Source: Octopus vulgaris | Taxonomy: Eukaryota | Reading direction: 5' to 3' | Assembly (NCBI GenBank): GCA_951406725.2 | Contig: OX597821.1 | Coordinates: 89,590,001 to 89,654,000, forward strand | DNA: 64,000 nucleotides | Shown here: in pieces, positions 39,426 through 52,080 of the stretch | How positions within the stretch are numbered: the first letter of the stretch is position 1 | Layout of the letters: each line of letters starts with the position of its first letter | The notes under the pieces: generated by a model | The model's database searches: none | Seen by the model: the letters and a program-made list of their open reading frames with translations, nothing else | Told to the model about the DNA's origin: nothing | Made by a program: the position numbers and the translations under genes

Positions 39426-39821
39426 CTAGCAGTATCACCCGGTGTTGCTCGGGTTTGTAAGGGAAATAACTATATAAGCATTTTTAGAGATGTAAAGTAT
39501 AACAGCCATCTAAATATGGCTAACCACAAGGGGGGGAGTGTTACTCTAGCTTTTTACGTTCTGAGATTTAATAATAAATTTTTAGAGAGTTACTTCCCTT
39601 ATATATGCCAAAAATGCATTAAAAATGGGAAAAATTAATGGTAATTTTTTTTTAAATCGTAGACTCACCGTAGATGCGTTCTAATACCCAGAAGGGCTCG
39701 ATATGAATCACGACTATAAGATACTCGGTTTTGGTTAAACTGCACCGCAAAATGTGGGAGTAGTTAGGAATCTAAATCATAGGAGACAGACAGCACACAA
39801 CCTCACTGTTATATATAAAGA
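39426..39821 (-). mobile_element. Non-autonomous Helitron, subtype 1
   Basis: TC start, hairpin, CTAG end; near-identical to 4546-4939. Confidence 0.85.
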
Positions 39822-40423
39822 TATTACTTCAGCATATAGCTGCATATAACATAGCATCATTTCCACACTGCCTATATAATGTTATCATCAACTATGCTAA
39901 ATAACATCCCTGTAACCATGCAAGATTGTTCTGGTGAGAGCCATTGAGACCCCTGGTAGATTGGAGAATGAACTAGCTGAACTCTTGTAAAAAGTAGAGG
40001 TTGGTAGTAGTGGAGAGAGAGTTTTTTGGTCAGCAAGTCGATGCTGTTCAATAACACTGTGGGATGTTGGACGGAAGGTCCTGTTAAGAAGCTAGGGGTC
40101 TGGTTTGGTCCAGATCTCCAGGTAGAGGAGAATTGGGATGAGGTAACAAGCAAGGGAACTCCCCAAAACCAGACCTGCTAGAAAGGGCGGAGGTGACACG
40201 GAAGTTTACTGCATCCATTATCACCTACAGCCTAACCGTTGTGCCTTGTCCCGATTCGTAGCTGTGCAAGCTGGAGCGACTCCTCTTTCACTTTTTGTGG
40301 ATGTGGATACCACTTGTAAGGCACTCTATCTGCTGTCAAAATTTATAAAAATGGGAAGACGGAATAGTAACAGAAAAATAGGCAAAAGGATAAATATCAT
40401 AAGAGGCAAAAAATGGGAACACA

Positions 40424-40775
40424 TCATCATCATCATTGTTCGACCGTGGTCGAGACAATGGAATTTACCATGCTACACCAGACTTCACGGTCCATCATGG
40501 CATTACGGAGGTCCTGTTGCTGGATGCTTGTATCCCTGGAGATTAAATCAGGGTAGGAGAGTGTGCGCCCTCTGGTATTGCAAGTAGATGGCTTCCAGAG
40601 GAGAAGAGTAGAAATTACCTCTTTTTCAGCTCTACAACAATGTCCAGCAAACTGGACTCTCCTACCTTTCACAAGAGATGACACAGGTGGTAGTTTCCCA
40701 TATATTTGCATTTTGGTTGGATGGCACTTCCATGAGAGATTTTGAGCTCTCATAAGGAGGTGAGTGTAGGTTCCA
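40424..40775 (-). pseudogene. RTE/RTEX-like LINE C-terminus with (TGA)n tail
   Basis: GTYTHLLMRAQNLSWKCHPTKMQIYGKLPPVSSLVKGRRVQFAGHCCR...AMMDREVW. Confidence 0.85.
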
Positions 40776-42210
40776 CACAAAAGGCATTTAAACCAGCTAA
40801 AAAAATAGATATACAGAAAAAGGAAAAAGATATCCATTGAAGTGTTCTATGACACCTTTGATGTTCCAGTGCCATAAGAAATTGAACCTAGTCAAAGCAG
40901 CACAAGAAAGAGGAAACAAACAAAACGGTTGGAAATAATACCTAAACGGAAGAAATATTAAACTTCCCTAGGAGGAAACTCTCAACAAGAGAGATGTGAA
41001 GTTAATCTCAACAGGGGAGATGTGTGGTGAGAGTCATTGACACCCCTGGAGGACCGGAAGAATGGACTAGCCGAACTCTTATAAGAGTAGAGGTCAGCAG
41101 TAGTCAAGAGAGAGTGTTTTGGTAGTCTCACGAAGTATGTTGTGTGAACACATTGATTAAACCTCCACTACCTAATTTTATATATACCAACCTGTGGCAG
41201 AATATAAAAAATATATGTGATATGCTTTCATTGCACTATTATATAATGCAATACCATTATCAACCACAGCAGAATTGCATCAGTGCCTAATTGCAAAGGT
41301 GCTGTGAAAATATTAATATTTCAAAGTTTAAAGGTAGAGAGCTGGCAGAATCGATAGCACACAGGGTAAAATGCTTAATGGCATTTTGACCACCCTTCTG
41401 TTCTGAGGTCAAATTTTGCCAGTCAAGGCTGACTTTGCCTGTCATCCTTTAAGGGTTGATAAAATACATACCACTCGAACACTGGGATTGATTTCATCAA
41501 CTTAGCCTCTCCTCACCAAACCTACAGGCCAAAATTTGAAACTAATATTTCAAGGTATGAATGAAAAGTGACCATAACAGATTTCATATGTTCTTAAATG
41601 AGTAAAATGGCTTACATGGTGTAAAGTTGCATGCCGAACAAGTATATTAAAATACATTGTTATACACTTTTGTTGATAGGAAGAAAATGTTTCTTACAAA
41701 GGTCAAGCCTGATGTGCTTGTAACTAGCTTCAAAACGTCTGGCAATAAAGTACTGTTGGGTCTCTCTGTATGAGCATACTTCATTACAGAACCCTGTTTA
41801 TTAATCAAATTGTTTGTTACACGAGTAATTGGAATTCAAATAAATAGGGTTACTCTACTTCAGATCATCTTAAACTTCCCTTAGAGGCATGAAATGCTGT
41901 TTTATTTGCCAATCTATCATCATCATCATCGTCGTCATTTAGCGTCCGCTTTCCATGCTAGCATGGGTTGGACGGTTCAACTGGGGTCTGGAAGCCAGAA
42001 GGCTGCATCAGGCCCAGTCTGATCTGGCAGAGTTTCTACGGCTGGATGCCCTTTCTAACGCCAAATAACAAATAAATAACAAAATATCAAATAACAAAAT
42101 ATCAAAATATCAAATAACAAATAAATATAAATGAATTTGTGAGTGTGTTCATTGTTTTTACTATTTGTCTCACATTGTCAATCTATTTTAGCAAAAAATA
42201 GGAGAAATAT

Positions 42211-42383
42211 TTGCAGCGTGGAAGGTGTTTATAAGTCATGTAAGTGAACAGCCATTTGTTAGTGAACAGGTTGCGGTCTCAAAGCAATGAAAATATTTTG
42301 ACAAATTAAATTTAAATGTTGAAGTGAATCTAACGGATTTTGTGTGTTTCTTAAATGGCTTATAAACACCTTCCACGCTGCAA
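42211..42383. repeat. Inverted repeat with about 34-bp arms (MITE-like)
   Basis: TTGCAGCGTGGAAGGTGTTTATAAG versus CTTATAAACACCTTCCACGCTGCAA. Confidence 0.85.
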
Positions 42384-43844
42384 TTGTTTTCGTTCCAACA
42401 CACGATCTCTGATCAGATCCCTTGCTATGCAAATACATCTCCGTAATGAGAAATATTATTTTCTCTAAAATCATGAAAGTTTGCAAGCTACATGAAATGT
42501 TTTAATGAACTGCTTGCATATACTCTCTCATCTCTTTACATGTGTTTATTTTTCAAATTTCTGCTCACTGTCTGAAAAAAAAAATTGTTCATTTAGTATA
42601 CTGTTCATATATGTTGTCAGTACTATATGCATGTGTAATCCATCTGAGGATGTTGATCAAATTTTCGCTCGCTAAGCAAATGACTTTCCGGTCATATATA
42701 CAAGGGCCTGGGAACAGGGGGTGCAGCGGGTGCACCTGCACCCCTTGGAATTTTCAGGTGGTGCAAGATCAAAATTTGCTCCCCCTACATAACTTTACAG
42801 GTTTCAGAAAATAGTGTCTAAAAAATTATCTGTATAAGATGCTTAAAGCTAGACTTCGTTTCAAAGCAAAAACAAAGAACAGAAATAAATAAATAAAAGT
42901 GGTGAAGCTGGGCTTAAAATTCCCAAGGGAATTTATGACTAACCAACTTCTAAAGCAAATTAGCTTCAAAATAAAAAGTATGTGACAACAACAACAGTAG
43001 CAGCAAACAACAAGAACAACAACAAGACCAGCATCTACGGCTACTCTTCAATACATAGCATTACTTGGATTCTTGAAGACAGCTCTATTCTGACAAAAAT
43101 AACTCCAAAATCTTGCAATGCTGAAAATGTGTGAAAGTTCTTGTCCTCTCTCAGTCTGTCACCTCTCTCAAGTTCTTTGTAGTTGATGTTGCTAAAGACT
43201 GACGACATGGTTGAATGGATTCGACTGTTTGACCTCAGCCTAAAAGTAAAAGCCCTTTAAAAATTCTTTCAGTCATATCGGTTTTCACATTTAGGTTGTT
43301 AGGTCCAAAGTTTGACAAGGAAACAAAATGATTTATTTTTATCTTTGATATTTAATGCTCATTGTTAAATGCTTTGATACTTATTGCCCATTCGAAATAC
43401 TAGTCCAGTTTAATAAATAAAAGATTATGAAAGGAAGCATTTAACTATAAATGATTGCAGACCAACCCACGAAATTATCTACTTTGCAAAGAAATGTATT
43501 CGACAATTTCAGACTTATTTATATAAAAAGGAAATGATATTAAAAGCATTACCTACCGTCATCATGACGCGGTTAACCATGAAGATCAATTCAGAGGTGC
43601 ATTTTTTTCCTCTTAAGTCTAACCCTAGCTGAGACCAGCACACAGGCTAATGTGCTTTTAACAGGGGCCTTTAATTTTACTAATCTTAGCTAAGCTTAGC
43701 CTGGAATTAAGCAACTAAAGTGGAGGGATATGAACACTTTTCTCGATACAACAAAAGACTTTCCCAAAGAAATCATTACCCATCCAATAATAGGAAAATG
43801 ACATGCCCTACTGTCTTTATTCACAATCCTTTATTCCAAGGACT

Positions 43845-45840
43845 TCATAGCAAATTCCGAGGATTTCGTGGAAAGTTCCGAGGATTTCCTAACTTCCTGG
43901 AAAATTAATCGGAACCTTCCGAGGATTTCGTGTAAAAATTCCGAGGATTTCATGGAAAGTTCCGAGGATTTCATAACTTCCTGGAAAATTGGTCGCAAAC
44001 TCACAGGAAAGTTCCAATGATTCCATGGAAAGTTCCGATGATTCACTGGAAAGTTCCGATGGTTTCCTGGAAAATTCCTGAAAAGTTATGAGGATTTCAA
44101 GGAAAGTTCCAATGATTTCCGAACTTCCTGGAAAGAACTGGGGATTTCTTCACTTCCTGGAAAATTGACAGGCAACTTCCTGGAAAGTTCCGAGGATTTC
44201 ATGGGAAGTTCCGAGGATTTCCTACATACCTGGAAAATTGGACGGAAACTTCCGAGGATTTCTGGGGGAGTTCCGAGGATTTCATGGAGAGTTCCAAGGA
44301 TTTCTTATCTTCCTGGAAAATTGATCGAAAACTTCCTGGAAAGTTCCGAGGGTTCCATGGAAAGTTCCGATGATTTCCTGACTTCCTGGAAAATTAATCG
44401 GAAACTTCCTGGAAAGTTCCGAAGGTTTCTTCAATCACTGGAAAATTGGTCGGAATGTTCCTGGAAAGGACCTAGGATTTCATGGGAAATTCCGAGGATA
44501 TTATGGAAAGGTCCGAGGGTTTCCTAATTTCCTGGAAAATTGTTTGGGAACTTCCTGGAAGGTTCCGAGGGTGTCTTCACTTCCTGGAAAGTTCCGATGA
44601 ATTCGTGGGAAGTTCCGAGGATTTCCTACCTCCCTGGAAAATTGGACCGAAACTGCCGAGGATTTCTGGGGGAGTTCCGAGGATTTCATGGAGAGTTCCA
44701 AGGATTTCCTAACTTCCTGCAAAATTGATCGAAAACTTCCTGGAAAGTTCCGAAGGTTTCTTCACTCCCTGGAAAATTGGTCGGAATGTTCCTGCAAAGG
44801 TCCTAGGATTTCATGGGAAATTCCGAGGATTTTATGGAAAGTTCCGAGGACTTCCTAACTTCCTGGAAAATTGGTTGGGAACTTCCTGGAAGGTTCCGAG
44901 GATTTCTTCACTTCCTGGAAAATTGACCTGCAACTTCCTGGAAAGTTCCGAGGTTGTCATGGGAAGTTCCGAGGATTTCCTAACTTCCTGGAAAGTTCCG
45001 AGGATTCCATGGTAAGTACCAAGGATTACCTCACTTACATGAAAATTGAATTGAAACTTCCTGGAAAGTTCCGAGGATTTCCTAACTTTTTGGAAAATTG
45101 GTTGGGAACTTCCTGGAAGGTTCCGATGCTTTCTTCACTTCCTGGAAAATTGACCGACAACTTCCTGGAAAGTTCCGGGGTTTTCTTGGGAAGTTCCGAT
45201 GATTTCCTAACTTCCTGGAAAGTTCCGTGGATTCCATGGTAAGTACCAAGGATTACCTAACTTACAGGAAAATTGAACGGAGACTTCCTGGAAAGTTCCG
45301 CGGATTTCCTGACTTCTTGGAAAGTTGATCTAAAACTTCCTGGAAGGTTCCGATGATTCCATGGAAAGTTCCGATGATTTCCTAACTTCCTGGCAAGTTT
45401 CAAGGATTTCATGGAGAGTTCCGAGGATTTCCCAACTTCCTGGAAAATTGGCCGGGGACTTTTTAGAAAGTTCGGAGATTTCCATGGAATGTTCCATGTA
45501 TTTCTTCACTTCCTGGAAAATTGACTGGAAACTTCCGGTTATTTCTTCACTTCCTAGAATATAAACTGAAGACTTCCTGGTAAGATCCGGGGGGTTTCAT
45601 GGGAAGTTCCGAGGGTTTCCTGACGTCCTGGAATATTTAGCGGAAAGTTCCGATGATTCCATTGAAAGTTCCGATGATTTATGGGATGTTCCGAAGATTT
45701 CACGAAAATTTCCCAGGATTTCCTAACTTTCTGTGAAATTGGTCAGAAACTTATTGGAAAGTTCCGAGGATTCCATAGAAAGTTCCGATGATTTCATAGA
45801 AGGTTCCAAGGATTTTATGGGAAGTTCCAAGGATTTCATT
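43845..45840. repeat. Complex satellite of about 20-nt GGAAAGTTCCGAGGATTTC / ACTTCCTGGAAAATTG units with higher-order blocks
   Basis: Directly visible; longer blocks recur (44230/44633, 44411/44742, 45003/45230). Confidence 0.95.
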
Positions 45841-45845
45841 AGAAG

Positions 45846-46170
45846 AAAAATGGAAAGATTTTCACAAATGTAGATATGAACTGCAAAAGCAGAAATTCGA
45901 TCTACTGCATTAAATGCCCTAATTGCAAGGAACTATATATTGGTAAAACAAGGAATGCATTATCAGAATGCTCACGAGTTCACAGACAGCAAATACGGAA
46001 CACTAATATTCGCCAAATTCTATTGAGCCAATACATATAAACATGTGATCAGGAAATGTTTCTAATTTTTCCTTTCCACAAACTACATAACACAAATTAA
46101 GTTGGAAGAAAGATAATAGAGAAATGTTTTATTAAAATGTTCAAACCTGTTCTGAGTGGAAATAACCAAT
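45846..46170 (+). pseudogene. Penelope-like GIY-YIG endonuclease relic
   Basis: KNGKIFTNVDMNCKSRNSIYCIKCPNCKELYIGKTRNALSECSRVHRQQI. Confidence 0.85.
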
Positions 46171-46721
46171 AAAAAAAAGAACCAGTTAATGATGTGGATT
46201 AAAAAAAGATCTTTAACTTATGAATATAAACAAATTACAGAAGACTCCCACTGGTGGAAATATAAACGATCAAAATCAACTCAGTTTGCTCACTTATAAA
46301 GCCATTACTAGCTAATTGGTTAGAATAAGGGCAGGACTTATGCCAGTAATATTGGTGTGCTAGGCAAACCATGACATTGAAGCTGCATGCTGAGTGGTCA
46401 AAACTCTATTTGAAAGATTCAGCTTCTTGAAGCCTTCTAAAAAGTATAAAAAGGAAAAGTCAGTCATCTTACTACAGTTGTCAAGCACTCAACTGTCAGT
46501 TAAATACATTTCAAAATCTGATGGTTATTATGGAAATATGAAAGCACGTATTGCACTTTATGAACGTTACAAAATATTCACTTCAATGCAATAAAATTTT
46601 ATTTTAAATACAATAATAAAAACGTGGGAACGAAACCATGTTGTAACTTTATTCAAATGATATATTATTCTATATAACTAGATAGAAACTCTATAAGACC
46701 TACACAGTGTAAGCTATGAAC

Positions 46722-48100
46722 ACATAACAGGTGCAGCAATATCAAAGGAAGGCGAACTAGGAGGATAAGTTTTGTATGTGGCAGAGGCTCGGGAGCTATA
46801 AATAACACTGAAAATGTGCAGAGAATGACTTCTGCCACATTCCAAGGAGGAAAACTAGAACTAGTCGATAGCTTCCATTACCTAGGTGACCAAGTCAGTA
46901 GCGGGGTAGGGTGTGCTGAAAGTGTGGGTGCTCAAATAAGAATAGCCTGGGCCAAGTTCAGAGAGCTCTTACCTCTGCTGGTGACAAAGGGCCTCTCGCT
47001 CAGAGTAAAAGGTAGACTGTACAATGCATGTGTACGAACAGCCATGCTACATGGCAGTGAAACATGGGCCGTGACTGCTGCGGATATGCGTAAGCTTGCA
47101 AGGAATGAAGCCAGCATGCTCCGATGGATGTGTAATGTCAGTGTGCATTACCGATAGAGTGTAAATACCTTGAGAGAAAAGTTGGACCTAAGAAGCATCA
47201 GATGTAGTGTACAAGAGAGACAACTGCGCTGATATGGTCATGTGGCGAGAATGGATGTGGATAGCTGTGTGAAAATGTGCTACACCCTAGCATTTGAGGG
47301 AACCTGTGGAAGAGGTAGACCCAGGAAGACCTGGGATTAGGTGGTGAAGCATGACCTTCAAACATTGGGCCTCACCGAGGCAATGACTAGTGACTGGGAC
47401 CTCTGGAAATATGCTGTGCTTGAGAAGACTTGGCAAGCACAAGTGAGACCATAACCTTGTGGCCTATGCCAGGGGTGTAACCAGTTCACTTACGCGTGCC
47501 TTTCCTTCATTGGACACTAAACTCTGCTTGCAAAGATCTGTTGAGGCAAGTGAAATCGAAATTGAAATCTAACTCGATTGCAAAGACCTGTTGAGGCAAT
47601 CAAAATCGAAATCAAACTCGGTGACTGACATCCGTTGTTAGTGGAGCACTAAGAGTACCATACGAGTGAGATCACTGCCAGAGCAACAAGCTGACTTCCG
47701 TGCCGATGACACATTAAGAACACCATTCAAGCATGATCGTTACCTGCATTGCCTTACTAGCACTTGTGCTGGTGGCACGTGAAAAAAACATTTGAGCGAA
47801 GTCGTTGCCAGTGCCACTGAACTGGCTCTTGTGCAGGTGGCATATAAAAAGCACCATTTGAGCGTGGCCGTTGCCAGTACCACTTAACTGGAAATCATGC
47901 TGGTGGCACATAAAAGCACCCACTACACTCTTGGAGTGGTTGGTGTTAGGAAGGGCATCCAGCTGTAGAAACTCTACCAGATCAGATTGGAGTCTGGTGC
48001 AGCCATCTGGTTCGCCAGACCGCAGTCAAATCGTCCAACACAGCTAGCATGGAAAGCAGACATTAAGCGATGATGATGATGATGATGAGGATGATGATGA
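46722..48100 (+). mobile_element. 5'-truncated RTE-clade LINE (RT C-terminal part, 3' UTR, (GAT)n tail)
   Basis: LELVDSFHYLGD...IRIAWAKFREL...KGRLYNACVRTAMLHGSETW...YGHVARM...GRGRPRKTW with in-frame stops. Confidence 0.92.
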
Positions 48101-48139
48101 TTTCCACAAATTTGGAAGATATATATATATTATATATAT

Positions 48140-48518
48140 TATTTTATTCCTTTATTTGTTTCAGTCATTTGACTACAGCCATGCTGGAGCACTGCTTTAG
48201 TGGAAGAAATCAACCCCAGGACTTATTCTTTGTATGCCTAGTACTCCTCATATCTGTCTCTTTTGCCAAACTGCTAAGTTACAGGGACATAAAGACACCA
48301 ACATCATTGTCAAGTGATGGTGGGGGTGGGGGACAAACACAGACACACAAGCACACATACACATATTTATGATGGATTTCTTTCAGTTTCCGTCTACCAA
48401 ATCCATTCACAAGGTTTTGCTTGGCCTGAGACTAGAGTAGAAGACACTTCAGTGGGACTGAACCCAGAGCCAGGTAGTTGGTAAACAAGCTACTTACAAC
48501 ACAGCCACTCCTGCACCC
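48140..48518 (-). mobile_element. SINE family B, diverged
   Basis: Matches consensus. Confidence 0.8.
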
Positions 48519-48522
48519 ATGC

Positions 48523-48550
<28 letters not shown>

Positions 48551-48553
<3 letters not shown>

Positions 48554-48856
48554 AGAAATTAAAAAAGGAAAATACGCACACTTACATAGTTTTAATATAA
48601 TTTTTAATATATCGACCGGTTTCGCTATCGCTATTCATGATATTATGTTTTACTTATTTGAATATATATTTTTTCTTAAGAAGAAATTTGGCCATGTTGT
48701 GTGTGATGAAATTCACGAGTGAATGACTTCACAAGTAGATAAATAAAGGGAGGTAAGTGGTTGTCATTATTATTGTTATTGTTGTGGGTAAGGGAGATGT
48801 TAAAAATTATATTAAAACTATGTAAGTGTGCGTATTTTCCTATTTTAATTTCTTAT
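48551..48856. mobile_element. Fold-back insert in (TA)n with 57-bp inverted arms and a degenerate hammerhead
   Basis: Arms 48551-48607 and 48800-48856; minus strand 48609-48643 reads atatc ATGAATA gc-gata-gc GAAA ccgg TC gatat. Confidence 0.7.
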
Positions 48857-49074
48857 ATATATATATATATATATGAAGAATACCAGTATTACAATGCAAA
48901 TAAAGTGTCATTCTATTACTTATAGATTCAACTAATATGTACACGAAGCCATCACTACCATACCGTATTGCCATGTATTATGTGTTTAATCCTGTCGTTA
49001 GATATAACATAATATCAGTATGACACTATCATATATAATGTAGTTTCTGGTCTTGGCACATTGTTGTGCATGTA

Positions 49075-49294
49075 TGGGAGGGTGTTGAAAAATTACCAGT
49101 TTCAAGGGTATTGTGAAAGGCCTGGCTGGAGGTGCAACCTTCTGAGTTCTTCCAAGTTCTTTTACAGGAATTAGAAAAACTGATGAACTGCTGCAATAAA
49201 GTGTGTGAATCTGGGAAGTTGAATGAAATTGTAATTAACTGATTCTCCTGTATTTTCTGTTATACAAAGCCAAGAACTTTCCGGCTCATCTTCA
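49075..49294 (+). mobile_element. Mariner-derived MITE
   Basis: Homologous to 37566-37755; TA flanks. Confidence 0.7.
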
Positions 49295-49361
49295 TATTTT
49301 AAGAATACTCTTATGCATAACATACAGTTATGATCATACCACCAAGTATGATCATAACTGA

Positions 49362-49721
49362 CGCCGTGGTGATCTCATTCTTGCTCACAACATCATAAGT
49401 GGAAAGTGTAACCTCTCGAAAGAGCTGTTCATCACTCCTGCTCCACAGCGTCGGCTGCGGGGTCACTCTGAAAAGCTCTATCTGCGACGATTTCATCTCA
49501 GTCGAAGGAGAGGGGCTTTCTCCGTCCGGGTTGCGGATCCGTGGAATAAGCTGCCGGACGAGATGGTGAAGATGCCGACGACCGCTCGGTTCAAAGTCTC
49601 CCTTGACCACAAGTGGCCTGAACTCTTTACATGAACACCACCCTGTACATAACTCCATGTCCCCCTACATGGCCTTGCTTTTTGCTTTTTGAGCCAAAAA
49701 ATTAACTAACTAACTAACTAA
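49362..49721 (+). pseudogene. CR1/L2-group LINE 3' end with (CTAA)n tail
   Basis: Open frame RRGDLILAHNII...RLRGHSEKLY...RRGAFSVRVADPWNKLP...FKVSLD, stop at 49634. Confidence 0.9.
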
Positions 49722-51182
49722 GTATAATATACAAACAACCACACTGTTATATATATATATATATAACACGATGTTACATTGCTATATATAATATACCAAC
49801 TAAACTGTTATATACAACAAAACAGCAGTGTTTCACTGCTTTCACATCATCAACTTCACAATAATATATAACATGGCTGTCACACTAATTTATAATCTAG
49901 TACATTGTTATACACATACACACACACGATTTTATTGTTACCAGATTACTATATATAATATACCATCAACTACACTGGTAGATACATATTATAACAAAAG
50001 ATCACTACCTTCTGCCATATATAATATACTGCGAAATTTTTCATGTGTATATGTAATGGTGAGTGGATATAAAAGGCATGGTGTTTGATTCCTACTTTGG
50101 CTGATTCCAAGTAGGAAATCAAATATCAAATTCCAAGGCATGTATGTATGTATGTGAGTGTCAGTGCGTGTGTGTGTGTGAGAGAGTTAGTGGTATGTAT
50201 GTGTGTGTCTGTGTTATTAAATGCTTTTATTACTGGAATAATGCAGTAGCTGCTATGCTGATTCCAAAGGACTACATCAAGCTGCAAATGGTCAAAATAT
50301 TAAACAGAAAAACTTTCTGCTTGAATAAGCTGCAATCATCAATGAATGAATATTAGATAAAGTTAAAGTTTATTACATTATAATTCAAAAGAAAAATATT
50401 ATAGTGTTATGTATAAATTACAAAATGAAGAAAAAAATAAATAAAAGAAATGCAAGCTTGTATCAACAGGGCACAAATACACATATATGTGTGTATGTTA
50501 TGGATATTTGTCATATGAACTGCGTCGTCTCACAAAACAAGCTCATGACAGTCATCCGTCACTAAGTGTAGCTGGTTTTCATATTAGCATGTAATACAAC
50601 AGAAGTAAAACAAGTCGACAATGATAGCAGACAACATGAAAGTTGTTATGATAAATGCACAAGATATTATTAACAGCCGAACAATGAAAAACTTAACAGT
50701 CTCAGAGTTCCAATAAAGCTGCTGAAAATAGAACAAATTAATTGAAATGTCTTTAGAAATAAGTATAACTCAAAGGCCATAATTACCTTGTAGTTTGATA
50801 TACCGATTTATAATAACTGGTTATTTTGTGGTGATGTTATACAAAGCTCCTAATGTTTAACATTTGTGCTGGTGTTTCACTTAAGTGGTTGAATTGTGTG
50901 GCTGTTAAACTTCAGGTGTGGCTCACTGTGTGATGATAACCAAGTGACTATGTTTTGTAAGCTCAGAGAGCAACCAGTTGTTGAACAAGTGTAAATTCGG
51001 AAGAGAACTGAGCAAGCACAAGCTATGATGTTCAGTAGAAATGTCAAAACAGGGTGACAGTACCTCACCTACTGACAATAGTGCTGAAGACAAACCCTAG
51101 TTTGATAATGAAACTGTTTCAATCTGTGTTTCAATAGGTTTATAATTTCATATTTAATTGAATCATACAACACTCTCAACAA

Positions 51183-51409
51183 CAAGGGTTTGTTGAAAAG
51201 TTCTTGGCTTTGGGTAAAAGAAAATACACGATGATCAGTTAATTATGATTTTATTCAACATATTCCCCTCTCAGATTCACACCCTTATTGCAGTGGTTCT
51301 TCAGATTTGTTAAGCCTTGTATAAGAACTCAGAAGAACTTGGAAGGTTTGGCCTCCATCCAGGCCTTTCACAAAACCTGTAAAGTCAGGAACTTTACAGT
51401 ACCCTCTCA
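51183..51409 (-). mobile_element. Mariner-derived MITE
   Basis: Reverse complement of the 37566 and 49075 copies. Confidence 0.75.
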
Positions 51410-51534
51410 TACATGACATTTTTTCTCTCCATGTATTATACCTACAGATGTGAGTAATCATTAACTTCCAACCTCTCCAGTCCTTCATGCAACTCAGCAA
51501 GTTATTGGCTGGTCTTTCCATTGGTTGCTACTAA

Positions 51535-51762
51535 TCATCATCATCATCGTTTAACATCCGTTTTCCATGCTAGCATGGGTTGGATGGTTCAACTGGGGTC
51601 TGGGAAGCCAGAAGGCTGCGTCAGACTACAATTTGGTCTGGCAGTGTTTCTACAGCTGGATGCCCTTCCTAACGCCAACCACTCCATGAGTGTAGTCGGT
51701 GCTTTTTACATGCCACCTGCACAGGTGCCAGACGAAGCTGGCAAATGGCCACGATCGGATGG
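51535..51762 (-). mobile_element. Family C RTE 3' end
   Basis: Matches family C. Confidence 0.85.
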
Positions 51763-51769
51763 TACTAAT

Positions 51770-52080
51770 ATCATTGAATATCTTCTCTCTATATTCTACA
51801 TCTTCATCATTTCAGTTTTCTAATTGTCATTAAATTTTCAAGGTTTTATCTTCTTCTTTGAAGCCCAGTGAACTTAACTTGTTGCCTCCATCACATATTT
51901 CCAAGTGTTTTCTGCTTGTATAAAGTCTTCACCATCCGTTTCTCAATTTGTATAAGATATCTTCAGCATTCATCTTAAGAACTGCATCTCTGTAGCATTA
52001 ATAAACTTTTGTATTTGTTTGTTAATGTTCTAGGTTATTCAGCCACAAGGGTTCTCTGTATGCCCTGTAGACTCTTTTCC
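51770..52080 (-). pseudogene. Old RTE-like LINE C-terminal relic
   Basis: KFINATEMQFLR*MLKISYTN resembles the RTE A.EM.FLR.ML.ISW motif. Confidence 0.5.

Noticed and set aside
42702-42790. hAT-like left end; similar stubs at about 2225 and 7405-7433
   Set aside because: No matching opposite terminus or TSD found
43845-45840. Repetitive protein gene or CRISPR array in the satellite
   Set aside because: Short ORFs in several frames with scattered stops, and no unique spacers
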